64,000 nucleotides of DNA from Clostridia bacterium (GTDB lineage Bacteria; Bacillota; Clostridia; Oscillospirales; Acutalibacteraceae). This document shows, piece by piece, positions 8,327-18,128 of the stretch. The notes under the pieces were generated by a model, which saw only the letters and a list, made by a program, of their open reading frames with translations, searched no databases and was not told the DNA's origin. Location of the stretch: positions 23,013 to 87,012 of the forward strand of contig JAFSGB010000016.1 in NCBI GenBank assembly GCA_017434895.1, read 5' to 3'. Numbering within the stretch: position 1 is the first letter of the stretch; every line of letters starts with the position of its first letter. The position numbers and the translations under genes were made by a program.

Positions 8327-8493
8327 CACCAGTGTGTCAATATAGGCCCAACAAAAAAACACAAAGGATTTTTAAAGTTATTCAACAATGTTTGCCTTTT
8401 TCTTTTTTATAAGTAATACTGCCGTAATACCACAACCGATAAGAACAACCACTGCAATTGCAATAATCACCCAATATGTATCATTACCGCCGC
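8326..8493. repeat. 168-bp direct repeat, copy B (3' flank plus the last 116 nt of the surface-protein gene)
   Basis: See copy A. Confidence 0.95.
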
Positions 8494-10258
8494 TATCATC
8501 TTTACTTTCATCGGTGGCAGTGTCGGTTATCTTGTCTTCGTCAGGTGTTATGGGTTCAGAAGTTGCAAAAGGAATAGTTTCTTCCTTAGTTTCTCCGCAA
8601 GCGGTACAAGTTGAAGTTTTAACACCTTCCTCTGTTTCAGTGGCTTCTTTAGTTACCACGCCTTCGCCAAAGATATGTCCCTTTGCTGCAATGGTCTCTT
8701 GAGCTTTTGCACCACAAATGGTGCAAGTACCTTCTTTTTTACCTTCTGCTGTACAGGTCGGCTCAAGTTTCACGATATAATTATCCAGTCTGTGTCCCAA
8801 CGCTTCAATGCTGCTTGAGGTTTCCTTGCCGCACCGCACGCAAGCCCCACTCTCTATACCTGGTTGAGTACAGGTGGGCTGTTTTGTGATTATCGACGAA
8901 GAAAATTTGTGTCCCAAAGCCGCAACAAAGCGCGTTTCGCTATGCGAACATACAGAGCAGTTTCTTTGTTCTTCGCCCTTCTCTGTACATAAAGGTGCTT
9001 TTGTCTGCGCCCAAGAAGAATATTTGTGCCCTACTGCCTTAATAGATTCTGTCTTTTCACGGCCGCATACCGTACATTTTTTCAGCAAGTCACCTTTATC
9101 GGTACAATTCGGCTGTTTTATTACCGTTCCGCTATTCCAACTGTGAGAGGCAGAACGGAAACAAGCCTCATAATTCCAGCTAACTCTATCCAGTTCGCTA
9201 TTATATCTGTCAACCATTATTTTGTTTCTGTCTTTGTTATTACCCTGATAATGAATATTTTCCAGCTTATTGCAATCGTAAAAGGCACTTTGACCTATGG
9301 TTGTAACGCTTTTCGGTATGTATACCATTTCCAGAGAACTGCAGCAAGAAAACGCATTGCCGGCGATGGTTACAACACCGTCGGGAATGACGATCTCTTT
9401 CACTTTATCACAACATACAAAGGCACCATCAGCAATGGTTTTGATATCTTCTCTGAGAGTGAAGGACGAGTAATTCTCATCGGCATCAATTATATGTTTA
9501 CCTAAATAAAGAATTCCGTCTACATAATTCGATTTGTTGTTGTAATACGGTGTGTAGAAAAACGCGCTTGCGCCTATGTGGGTAACCGTATCAGGTATAG
9601 AAATACATTCCAAGAACCACGCTTCATGGAATGCGTGATACGCTATTTCTTTAACGGAATTGGGAATGGTATACGATTTTGCGGGGCGCATGCCGGGGTA
9701 CTTTATTAAGAGCGTTTTATTTTTATTGAAAAGCACACCGTCAAGAGAAGAATACTTAAGGTTGGCTTCATCAACGGTTATGCTGTAAAGCTTATCACAT
9801 CTATCAAAAACCGCTTGCCCCATATCCGTAACATTTTTCGGTATTATTACATCGATTAGCTTTCTACAATCGGCAAAAGCCTCAATCCCAATTGAAAAAA
9901 CGCTCTCGGGAATGGTCATCTCCAAAAGAGAAGTGCAACCGAGAAAAGCAAAATTCTCAATCATCTTAAGACCCTCGGGTAATGTGACGGTTTTAAGCGA
10001 TGTGCAGTCACTAAACGCACTTATGCCAATTGTAGTAACACCCTGTTCTATCGTGACCTTGGTAATATTCTTTCCCCAAGGCCAAGTAACGCAATAGCCC
10101 ATACTGCCGTTACCGGTGATAGTCAGCTCCGTTCCGTTAAGCTGCCAGTGGCAATCACCTACCGTACCGCCGCTTGCCGCGCTCACGATCACGGCGTTGG
10201 AAGTAAATGCACAAAGCATAATACAAGCAGCCAACATAACAGACATAAATTTTCTCAC
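8378..10258 (-). CDS. BspA-like leucine-rich-repeat surface protein with five 39-aa His/Cys repeats and a C-terminal TM anchor
   Basis: Signal peptide (..VIVSA|AS). Repeated IP.SVT.IG..AF..C..L units at aa ~60-335. H-x12-C-x9-C-x2-C units at aa 371-563. An acidic linker, a TM helix and a KKKK tail. Confidence 0.8.
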   Translation of the reverse strand: MRKFMSVMLAACIMLCAFTSNAVIVSAASGGTVGDCHWQLNGTELTITGNGSMGYCVTWPWGKNITKVTIEQGVTTIGISAFSDCTSLKTVTLPEGLKMIENFAFLGCTSLLEMTIPESVFSIGIEAFADCRKLIDVIIPKNVTDMGQAVFDRCDKLYSITVDEANLKYSSLDGVLFNKNKTLLIKYPGMRPAKSYTIPNSVKEIAYHAFHEAWFLECISIPDTVTHIGASAFFYTPYYNNKSNYVDGILYLGKHIIDADENYSSFTLREDIKTIADGAFVCCDKVKEIVIPDGVVTIAGNAFSCCSSLEMVYIPKSVTTIGQSAFYDCNKLENIHYQGNNKDRNKIMVDRYNSELDRVSWNYEACFRSASHSWNSGTVIKQPNCTDKGDLLKKCTVCGREKTESIKAVGHKYSSWAQTKAPLCTEKGEEQRNCSVCSHSETRFVAALGHKFSSSIITKQPTCTQPGIESGACVRCGKETSSSIEALGHRLDNYIVKLEPTCTAEGKKEGTCTICGAKAQETIAAKGHIFGEGVVTKEATETEEGVKTSTCTACGETKEETIPFATSEPITPDEDKITDTATDESKDDSGGNDTYWVIIAIAVVVLIGCGITAVLLIKKKKANIVE

Positions 10259-10271
10259 GCTACACTCCCCA

Positions 10272-10303
10272 TTAAAAAAGTGCGGTTACCGAAGTAACCG
10301 CAC
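10272..10303 (-). terminator. Strong hairpin plus U-run sitting immediately 5' of the surface-protein RBS
   Basis: The - strand reads GTGCGGTTAC-TTCG-GTAACCGCAC followed by TTTTTTAATGGGGAG..GTG(start). Confidence 0.7.
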
Positions 10304-10670
10304 AAAAAACGCAAACTCCGATAGTCGCCAAACTAACCCAATGTGAAATAGGGCGTAGAAACGCACACATATACAAACATCGCCGGAATTTGCATTTTTG
10401 TCAAATTCATACAATGTTTGTATAACCTAAATAAAGTGTAATTATCATTATAAAAAGAAAATACACCCGATTTCACACAATATTCAGTTAGTTTGGCAAA
10501 ACTATAATAACCTATAATTTTTAGAAATGCAAGATTGAAATAGTATTTAATATACGTTATGATATTTTCGGTGATAAAAATGAATTCGCCCAATAGAAAA
10601 CAAAACAAATTAGAAATTTTTGATTATAACCAAAACGTCGCATATTTTATAACCCTTTGTACCAAAGAAC

Positions 10671-10703
10671 GCAAAAACCGTTGCAGAAAATCTGCAACGG
10701 TTT
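10671..10703 (-). terminator. spoIVB terminator
   Basis: AAACCGTTGCAG-loop-CTGCAACGGTTT followed by TTTTT on the - strand. It lies 6 nt past the stop. Confidence 0.8.
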
Positions 10704-10708
10704 CAATA

Positions 10709-11947
10709 TTATGATGCCTTTTTAAGGCTTTGCTCGGCCTTTTGGGCATTTTCAAGCATATTTTCGGCGAAAATGCCGTAACCACGGGTTGGGTCGTCAA
10801 GTAAAACGTGGGTCACGGCACCAACCAATTTTCCGTTTTGCAAAATGGGGCTACCGCTCAGCCCTTGCACAATACCTCCCGTAATACCTAACAATTCCTC
10901 GTCGGTAACAGTCACCACCATATTCTGTGTAGCCGAATTAAGCTTTGACTTTTTAACTGAAATTTTGCAATCGTAAAGCTTTGGTGTATCTCCCGAAAGG
11001 GTGCAGTAAATTTGGGCGTTGCCGTTCTTAACCTCATTTTTAAGTGCCACCTCGGTTAAATTATCGGCCGATATTTCACCTGTGGCAAGAGCATACACAC
11101 CGCCGGAGCAATTAAGCCGAATACGTCCCAAGACATTATTTGAAAGTCTGCCGTTAAGCTGACCTGCTGTACCCTTTTCTCCTTTTTTTACATCATGAAT
11201 CTCCGCCGAAACAAGCTCTCCCGACTCAAGTTCTAAAAGAGTTCCCGTATCCTCGTCACAGACTCCGTGACCAAGCCCGCAGATAATATCTGTAGAAGGA
11301 CTGTAAAAGGTAAGTGTGCCAATCCCCGCCGAGGAATCCCTGACCCAAACCCCGATTTTATGCTTTCCCGTATCACTTGACAAAACAGGGGTAATATAAA
11401 GGGTCTGGGACTTGCCGTCGCGGTTGATGTCAAACCGAAGCTTCCCACCGTGGCAAGACTCAACCAGTCTTACCAAATCCTCATTCGTGGAAACTTTTTG
11501 CCCTTCGACCGAGCAAATGTAGTCTCCTACACACAGTCCGCTTTCTTTAGCGGGATTTTTGTTGCCGTCGTCAGTGACAACATCGGTAATATCCACCACC
11601 AAAACCCCCTTAGTGTAAAGCTTCATTCCAAAGGGTTGCCCCAACACCATAACCTGCATTTCGTCAACAATGCTCACATTGGCGGTGGAAAAAGGAATAA
11701 TTCCGAACATTTTTAAATTAACATTAATGCTCCCGTCATTTTCGACGGTGTGGCTGGCATTAAGCTCGGTGCCGTTGTATACAGCCGTTACGGGCAATGG
11801 AGAATTTATATTAAGTGTCCCGCCTTTTTTTATTTTAAAATCCTCATCTATTAAATCATTTAAATAAAAAAGTGCCGAAAAAACGGCAATATCCAATATT
11901 AGCATTAAAAAAAATAAGCATTTCGATATAACTCTTAGCGTTTTCAT
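10709..11947 (-). CDS. spoIVB: SpoIVB peptidase (S55) with a PDZ domain
   Basis: N-terminal TM and a PDZ-like region (GLCVGDYICSVEGQKV). S55 core GIGTLTFYSP..ICGLGH and [20 protein letters not shown]. Confidence 0.9.
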   Translation of the reverse strand: MKTLRVISKCLFFLMLILDIAVFSALFYLNDLIDEDFKIKKGGTLNINSPLPVTAVYNGTELNASHTVENDGSINVNLKMFGIIPFSTANVSIVDEMQVMVLGQPFGMKLYTKGVLVVDITDVVTDDGNKNPAKESGLCVGDYICSVEGQKVSTNEDLVRLVESCHGGKLRFDINRDGKSQTLYITPVLSSDTGKHKIGVWVRDSSAGIGTLTFYSPSTDIICGLGHGVCDEDTGTLLELESGELVSAEIHDVKKGEKGTAGQLNGRLSNNVLGRIRLNCSGGVYALATGEISADNLTEVALKNEVKNGNAQIYCTLSGDTPKLYDCKISVKKSKLNSATQNMVVTVTDEELLGITGGIVQGLSGSPILQNGKLVGAVTHVLLDDPTRGYGIFAENMLENAQKAEQSLKKAS

Positions 11948-12085
11948 TTATTTCACCCATATTATCTTTCACTGAATTTTCAAAAATAAAAATTTAAAAA
12001 AATTCCAAAAATAAGGGTTTTCAAAAGTCTTTGTATATGGTATAATTATTAAGATTAGTTTTTACATATGGGATGTTAAAAAATA

Positions 12086-12997
12086 ATGAAAAATAAAAAT
12101 TTAAAGGGCAGCTTGATTTTAATTGCCGCCGCCCTTATTTGGGGTTTGGCATTTGTTGCCCAAAGCGGGGCCGCAAGTCTTGTTCCCCCTTTCGCATTTA
12201 ATGCGCTTCGTTCGTTTATAGGTGCATTTGTCTTGTATTTGTTTTGGCTTTTTACCGGCAAAAAAGAAACGGGCAGATTTTTTCCCGAAAATAAGGCCGA
12301 GCGAAAACAGTATTTTACCGTTGCCCTTATCTGCGGAATTTGTCTTGCAGTTTCGGTGAATTTTCAGCAATTCGGGATTGCCGCTTATCCTAAAGGTGTT
12401 TCCTGTGAGGCTAGAGCCGGCTTTATTACCGCACTTTATGTAATCTTAGTGCCTATTTTATCCCTTTTCTTTGGGAAAAAGGTACGCCTTCCCGTTTTGG
12501 CGGGTGTTGTAATTGCCGTTTTCGGAGTCTATTTGCTCTGCTTTTCGGACGGTATTAGCGCAATTTATTTAGGCGACCTTCTTATTTTTCTTTGTGCCAT
12601 AAGCTTTGCCGCCCACATAATTGCGGTGGACAAATTTGTCGGAATTACAGGCGGAGTTAAGCTTTCTATTTTGCAATTCAGTGTGGTTGCAGTAATTTCA
12701 GCAATTTTGGCTCTTATTTTTGAAGCCGACAAAATTAGTCTTTCAAATATAATTTCCGCAGCACCTCAAATTCTGTATTTGGGTGTGATGTCTAGCGGAG
12801 TGGCCTACACACTGCAGATTGTAGGTCAGAAATACGCCGAGCCGACGGTTGCCTCTATTTCAATGAGCTTAGAAAGCGTTTTTGCCGCCCTTGGCGGTTG
12901 GGTGATTTCGGGTAACGCCTTAACCGGCAGAGAAATTTTTGGTTGCACCCTTGTTTTTCTTGCGATTGTATTTGCGCAGTTGCCACAAAATGCGTAA
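12086..12997 (+). CDS. DMT-superfamily (EamA-type) transporter
   Basis: 303 aa, about 10 TM segments, two EamA-like halves. Confidence 0.75.
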   Translation: MKNKNLKGSLILIAAALIWGLAFVAQSGAASLVPPFAFNALRSFIGAFVLYLFWLFTGKKETGRFFPENKAERKQYFTVALICGICLAVSVNFQQFGIAAYPKGVSCEARAGFITALYVILVPILSLFFGKKVRLPVLAGVVIAVFGVYLLCFSDGISAIYLGDLLIFLCAISFAAHIIAVDKFVGITGGVKLSILQFSVVAVISAILALIFEADKISLSNIISAAPQILYLGVMSSGVAYTLQIVGQKYAEPTVASISMSLESVFAALGGWVISGNALTGREIFGCTLVFLAIVFAQLPQNA

Positions 12998-13134
12998 TGC
13001 GTAATTAGATGTGTCGGCATAGCCGACAATATATTTTAGAAAAGACACGCTGCTTATAAATTAACAATTTATTAAACTATTTGTTATTATTTTTTGCTAT
13101 TATGAATTATAAAACTCTTTTAGGAGGAATAAAA

Positions 13135-14142
13135 ATGATTAATGTTGCAGGCCTTAGTAAAAGGTACGGCACCCACCTTGCAGTTAAAGATGTGAACTTT
13201 AACATTGAAAAAGGTGAGGTTGTCGGCTTTCTGGGACCGAACGGTGCCGGTAAATCCACAATTATGAACATATTAACCGGTTATCTTTCCACTACACAGG
13301 GCGAGGTCACGATCGACGGCTTCAATATTGTAGATTATCCCGAGGAGGCGAAACGCCGTATAGGCTATCTGCCTGAAATACCGCCCCTTTATCCCGATAT
13401 GAAGGTTAGGGAATATCTTGATTTTATTTATGACCTTAAAAAGGTTAAATTCCCTAAAAAACCGCATATTGACGAAATTTTAAAACTTGTTAAAATTGAC
13501 AATGTACAAAACCGTCTTATTAAAAATCTTTCAAAGGGCTACCGTCAAAGAGTAGGCTTTGCAGGGGCACTTATAGGTAACCCCGATGTGCTGATTTTGG
13601 ACGAGCCGACGGTTGGTCTTGACCCCAAGCAGATTATTGAGATTAGAAATCTTATCGGCAGGCTCGGCAAAAACCATACGATTATTCTGTCCTCGCACAT
13701 TTTGTCTGAGATACAAGCCGTTTGTAAGCGTGTTATAATCATCAACCGCGGAGAGATTATTGCAGATGATAACTCCGAAAATTTGGCTCAAAAGCTTTCG
13801 GACGACAGCACACTGCTTGCAAGAATTACCGGCAATGAAACCGATATGCTTTCCGCCCTAAAATCCATAAAAAATATTAAATCGGTTTCCTCTCTCGGCC
13901 AAATGGAAATCGGCTCCTTTGATTACATAATTGAGCCCGAGGACGGCGTTGATGTTCGTGCCGATATTTTTGACAGGGTTGTTTCTCGGGGTAAGAAGCT
14001 GCTGACCCTTAAGGATAATAAGCTTTCATTAGAGCAAATATTCCTCAGACTCACCGAAGTTGAAAATGACAAAGCAAAACAGCTTTTAAAATCGGATAAC
14101 GGCGAAATTACCGTTGTTATAGAAGAAAGCGAGGAGGAATAA
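13135..14142 (+). CDS. ABC transporter ATP-binding protein (ABC-2/GldA-like)
   Basis: Walker A GPNGAGKST, signature LSKGYRQRV, Walker B LILDEPTVGLD. The ATG at 13135 follows AGGAGG. Confidence 0.9.
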   Translation: MINVAGLSKRYGTHLAVKDVNFNIEKGEVVGFLGPNGAGKSTIMNILTGYLSTTQGEVTIDGFNIVDYPEEAKRRIGYLPEIPPLYPDMKVREYLDFIYDLKKVKFPKKPHIDEILKLVKIDNVQNRLIKNLSKGYRQRVGFAGALIGNPDVLILDEPTVGLDPKQIIEIRNLIGRLGKNHTIILSSHILSEIQAVCKRVIIINRGEIIADDNSENLAQKLSDDSTLLARITGNETDMLSALKSIKNIKSVSSLGQMEIGSFDYIIEPEDGVDVRADIFDRVVSRGKKLLTLKDNKLSLEQIFLRLTEVENDKAKQLLKSDNGEITVVIEESEEE

Positions 14143-14144
14143 TT

Positions 14145-14894
14145 ATGTCTGCGATTTTCAAAAGAGAATTTAAGTCCTACTTTACAACACCCGTAGGCTA
14201 TATTGTTTTAGCCGCATTTTACTTCTTTTTGGGACTATATTTTTATATGATTTTTTCTAGCGGCTCTCCCCAAATCGGAAACGTTATAATCGCAATGACT
14301 ACCGTTACCGTTTTTATAATGCCGATTCTTACCATGCGTCTTATGAGTGACGACCGTCGTCAAAAGGTTGACCAAGTCCTGCTTACCGCTCCCGTAAAAA
14401 TTTGGAGCATAGTGCTTGGAAAATTTTTCGCTGCTTTTTCAGTTTACGCACTTGCCTTTGCACCGACGGTATTTTTCGAAATAATAATTCTGTCAAAGGT
14501 TACGGTCAGCGTGCTTCCCTACCTTTATGCATTACTTGGTATTCTTTTGTTAGGCGGCGCACTGATTGCAATGGGTATGTTTATTTCATCCCTTACCGAA
14601 AGTCCCGCAATTTCCGCAATTTTAAGTCTCATCATTAATGTTTTGGTGCTTTATATGTCCTCCTTTACATCAATGATTACCGTTCCCGAGGGCAGCACTA
14701 CATTTTTTGGAAAAATATGGGAAAAAATCGTTTCAGGATTTATGCTTTTCCTTGAAAAGGCCGCCTTTATTTCCGTATCAGAAAGCTTTTCCGAAACCAT
14801 TTTTTCAGTAATGGATATCATTTATTTCTTAAGTATTATTGCTATTTTCGTCTTTTTAAGCGTACGCTCGCTTGAAAAGAGAAGATGGTCCTAA
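14145..14894 (+). CDS. ABC-2 type permease (GldF-like)
   Basis: 249 aa, 6 predicted TM segments, translationally coupled to the ATPase. Confidence 0.75.
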   Translation: MSAIFKREFKSYFTTPVGYIVLAAFYFFLGLYFYMIFSSGSPQIGNVIIAMTTVTVFIMPILTMRLMSDDRRQKVDQVLLTAPVKIWSIVLGKFFAAFSVYALAFAPTVFFEIIILSKVTVSVLPYLYALLGILLLGGALIAMGMFISSLTESPAISAILSLIINVLVLYMSSFTSMITVPEGSTTFFGKIWEKIVSGFMLFLEKAAFISVSESFSETIFSVMDIIYFLSIIAIFVFLSVRSLEKRRWS

Positions 14895-14911
14895 AAAGGA
14901 GGTAGTGTAAA

Positions 14912-16552
14912 ATGGAAGAAAACAAGAATTTAAACACTGCGCCCGAAACAACAGAGGAAAAGATTAAAAATCCCAAAAAGGAGAAGAAGCCCAAAAAGGA
15001 AAAGCTTCTTAAAAACGAGTCTCTTTTCAAAAAAGGCAGTTATTCTCTTGCCCTTACCGCAATTGTGCTTGCAGTCATTATCATAGTAAATGTTTTGGTT
15101 TCGGTGCTTAATGACCGCTTCACACTTGAATTTGATATGACAAAAGAAAAGCAAAACTCCATAAGCCCAACCAACATTGAATACATCAAGGCCGTAGAAA
15201 AGGATGTTGACGTAGTTGTTTGTGCTTTGGAAAGCAATTTCGTATCCTATATGGGTGCCACCGCACAAAATTCCTACAGCGTGGACTATAATGCTACCGC
15301 ACGGGAGTATTTTGACCAAACCCTTAACCTGATTAACAAATACAATCATTATAACGATAAAATAAATGTCCGTTTTGTGGATACCCAGTCCTCCGAATTT
15401 GCCTCAATCACTTCGGAATACGGTGCCGATAATATTGAATACGGTACTATTATCGTTGCAACCGAAAAAGAGGAAGGCAAAAAGCGAATTAAAAAGCTTA
15501 ATTTTTCAGATATTTACACAATAGAACAGGACGACTCCTATTCCTATTACGGAGTTGAGGTTAATACTATCACCGGCAACAAGATTGAAACTGCTCTTAC
15601 AAGTGCTATTTCCTATGTTTTAAGCAACGCCACTGCAAAGGCTGCCATTTTAACAGGACATTCCGACTATAATATAACAGAAGACTTTGTGGAAATGTTA
15701 GAAGACAACAATTATGTTGTTGCGACCTTTTCCGATGCTGTTATAAAATCTATCCCTGATGAGTATGATTTAATCGTTATACCCACGCCATCAAAAGATT
15801 TCACCGAAGATGAAATCAATGCCATTGCCAAATATCTTGACAATGACGGAAATCTCCAAAAAGGTATGATGGTCTTTGCAGATGCTTCTGCGCCTTATTT
15901 GACCAACTTCTACTCCTTCTTAAGTGAGTGGGGCATTGAAATCGATGAGGGTATGCTTTACGAAACCGATGAAACCTACCATGCACCCGACGACCCCACT
16001 ACCCTTTTCGCTATTAATACCGGTGAGGTGGACGATTTATCGGAGTATGAGCTTTTTATAGGAGGTCTGAATATTCCGATGCAGGTTGCAAAATCTACAG
16101 AAAACAACCGCAGTGTCAAGCCGATAATCTCCACCTTAGACAGTGTTGTAGAGGCTCCTAAAACAGCAACCTCCGGGTGGGACGGTGCCGATGATGCCGT
16201 AAAATCAACCTACCATTTTGCTATTGAATCTTCCCAGTCTGCCTATGCAGAAGACAACGAGCTTATTTACAGTCGGGTTGTTGCTTTTTCAAGTCCTTAT
16301 TTCCTTGAATCGGAATACAATGACTCCAGCTATGTTTCAAATAAGGAAATCACCCTTGCCGTTGCAAATAAAATTTCAGCTATTAACGATACAGGTATTT
16401 CCTTTGTATCAAAAAGCATAACCGTTGAATCTTATTATGATTCAATCAACCAAAGCTCGGTTAATACAGTAAGGGTATTATTTATGATTATTCTGCCTCT
16501 TGCCGTACTCGCTTTGGGTATTGTGATATTTATTAAAAGAAGGAACGCATAA
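14912..16552 (+). CDS. GldG-like ABC auxiliary component
   Basis: 546 aa. Lys-rich N-terminus, an N-terminal and a C-terminal TM helix flanking a large extracytoplasmic domain. The gene order matches the GldA/F/G type. Confidence 0.6.
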   Translation: MEENKNLNTAPETTEEKIKNPKKEKKPKKEKLLKNESLFKKGSYSLALTAIVLAVIIIVNVLVSVLNDRFTLEFDMTKEKQNSISPTNIEYIKAVEKDVDVVVCALESNFVSYMGATAQNSYSVDYNATAREYFDQTLNLINKYNHYNDKINVRFVDTQSSEFASITSEYGADNIEYGTIIVATEKEEGKKRIKKLNFSDIYTIEQDDSYSYYGVEVNTITGNKIETALTSAISYVLSNATAKAAILTGHSDYNITEDFVEMLEDNNYVVATFSDAVIKSIPDEYDLIVIPTPSKDFTEDEINAIAKYLDNDGNLQKGMMVFADASAPYLTNFYSFLSEWGIEIDEGMLYETDETYHAPDDPTTLFAINTGEVDDLSEYELFIGGLNIPMQVAKSTENNRSVKPIISTLDSVVEAPKTATSGWDGADDAVKSTYHFAIESSQSAYAEDNELIYSRVVAFSSPYFLESEYNDSSYVSNKEITLAVANKISAINDTGISFVSKSITVESYYDSINQSSVNTVRVLFMIILPLAVLALGIVIFIKRRNA

Positions 16553-16554
16553 TA

Positions 16555-18120
16555 ATGGCCGAATTTCCGAAAAAAGAAAATTTAGAGCAAGAAGAAATTT
16601 CTACAATTTTTTCCGATCCTGCCGAACACAGAGAAATCAAGAAAAAGCAAAAAAAGCTGTTGCCTAAAATTGTAGCAGGTGTGCTTTGTATTGGTATTCT
16701 TATCGCCTCTACCGTGGCAATAGTTAAGCTTATTCCCGAAAAAGAAGAGGAAAACTCAACACCGGTATTTGATACTGTTAATGTAATGTCTCTTGAGACC
16801 GATGAGCTTTCCGAGGTTACAGTGGAAAATTCTAACGGAACAACTAAGCTTTACTCAAAAACAGTTGAAAAAACCAGTGGTGAGGATATTGATTGGTTCC
16901 TTTCGGGGGTTGATTCCGAGCTTACTGTATCCTTAACCATTGAAAATGTCGTGAATTACGTTGCGAATATAACCGCAATCCGAGAAATCACCGCCAAAAC
17001 AGCCGAGGAATGCGGTTTTGACTCGCCCGTAATTAAAGCTGAGGTTGTTCCGAAAAAAGGTGACACCTACACCGTTTTAATCGGTGCAAAATCACCTGAT
17101 AACGGCGGATATTACCTTAAATTGGCAGAAAAAGACAATATCTATCTTGTGACCGAGGACGTTTACACTTCCTTAGAATTTAATGATCTTGACTTTGCCA
17201 CCTCCGCCGGTATTGACGGCTTTGATGCCGAGGATGAATCTATTTCTTCGTATTATGAAAATGATGTCTTATCAAGGTTTGATAACCTTACTATTTATGA
17301 TAAGGACTACCAAAAGCCCTTAATTATTGTTGAAAATTCAGATGCAGCGACCTCTGACTATTACGCCTATATGATTACTTCGCCTGATAATAAGCTCCTT
17401 GCAACGGGCAGAACCGACGAACTTATTTCGTTATACACAAGCGGAATAACAACCTCCGGTGCGTATTCATACGATGTATCTGATGCATCACTTAAAAAAT
17501 TCGGTCTTGACAAGCCCGACCTTCAAACCACAATGAGCTTAGGCAACACAAGTCTTACATATAAGTTTGCCTTACAGGAAGACGGCTACTATGCCGTTAT
17601 CAGTAACGAAAGCCGCCTTATTCAAAAGGTTCAACCATCCCTTTTGACAAATATAGTTGATTTGGATTACGAGGATTATTATTCCACAGCGCTATTCGTT
17701 GCAAACATCAGTGATATGGCAAACTTTACAGTCACAACTCCCGATAAAACCTTCAGCTTTGACCTTGTTAAAAACGAGGTGGACGAGGATGAAACCGACC
17801 CTGAAAAGCTTTATACCATAACCTCGGGTGAGAGAAAACTGGTTGTCGAAAATTTCCAAAACCTTTATATGCAGTGTCTTTTGCTGCAAACCAAAGATTT
17901 TGCAGCCGACAAGATTACATCTAATCCGGAAATCACCTTTAGCATAACACTTCATAGTGGTAAAAAACTAAAGGTTGAATTCACAAAGGTAAATTCAACC
18001 CGCTATCAATGTGAAGTGGACGGTATTTATATGGGCAGGGTTTCCACTACATCTCTAAATGATGTTTTAGATAATGCCGAAAGAGCTTCAAACGGCGAAT
18101 CGGTAGCCGACCTTTTTTAA
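16555..18120 (+). CDS. DUF4340-like protein (single N-terminal TM, large extracytoplasmic domain)
   Basis: 521 aa. It follows the GldG-like gene, as in the common Firmicute four-gene cluster. The family assignment is from memory. Confidence 0.5.
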   Translation: MAEFPKKENLEQEEISTIFSDPAEHREIKKKQKKLLPKIVAGVLCIGILIASTVAIVKLIPEKEEENSTPVFDTVNVMSLETDELSEVTVENSNGTTKLYSKTVEKTSGEDIDWFLSGVDSELTVSLTIENVVNYVANITAIREITAKTAEECGFDSPVIKAEVVPKKGDTYTVLIGAKSPDNGGYYLKLAEKDNIYLVTEDVYTSLEFNDLDFATSAGIDGFDAEDESISSYYENDVLSRFDNLTIYDKDYQKPLIIVENSDAATSDYYAYMITSPDNKLLATGRTDELISLYTSGITTSGAYSYDVSDASLKKFGLDKPDLQTTMSLGNTSLTYKFALQEDGYYAVISNESRLIQKVQPSLLTNIVDLDYEDYYSTALFVANISDMANFTVTTPDKTFSFDLVKNEVDEDETDPEKLYTITSGERKLVVENFQNLYMQCLLLQTKDFAADKITSNPEITFSITLHSGKKLKVEFTKVNSTRYQCEVDGIYMGRVSTTSLNDVLDNAERASNGESVADLF

Positions 18121-18128
18121 AATTTTAA

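Noticed and set aside
10333-10608. 91-aa ORF in the AT-rich gap between spoIVB and the surface-protein gene
   Set aside because: It has a TTG start with no RBS. The composition (F/Y/I/K/N rich) is what AT-rich non-coding DNA gives when translated, and it contains no recognisable motif. I kept it only as context for the terminator finding.
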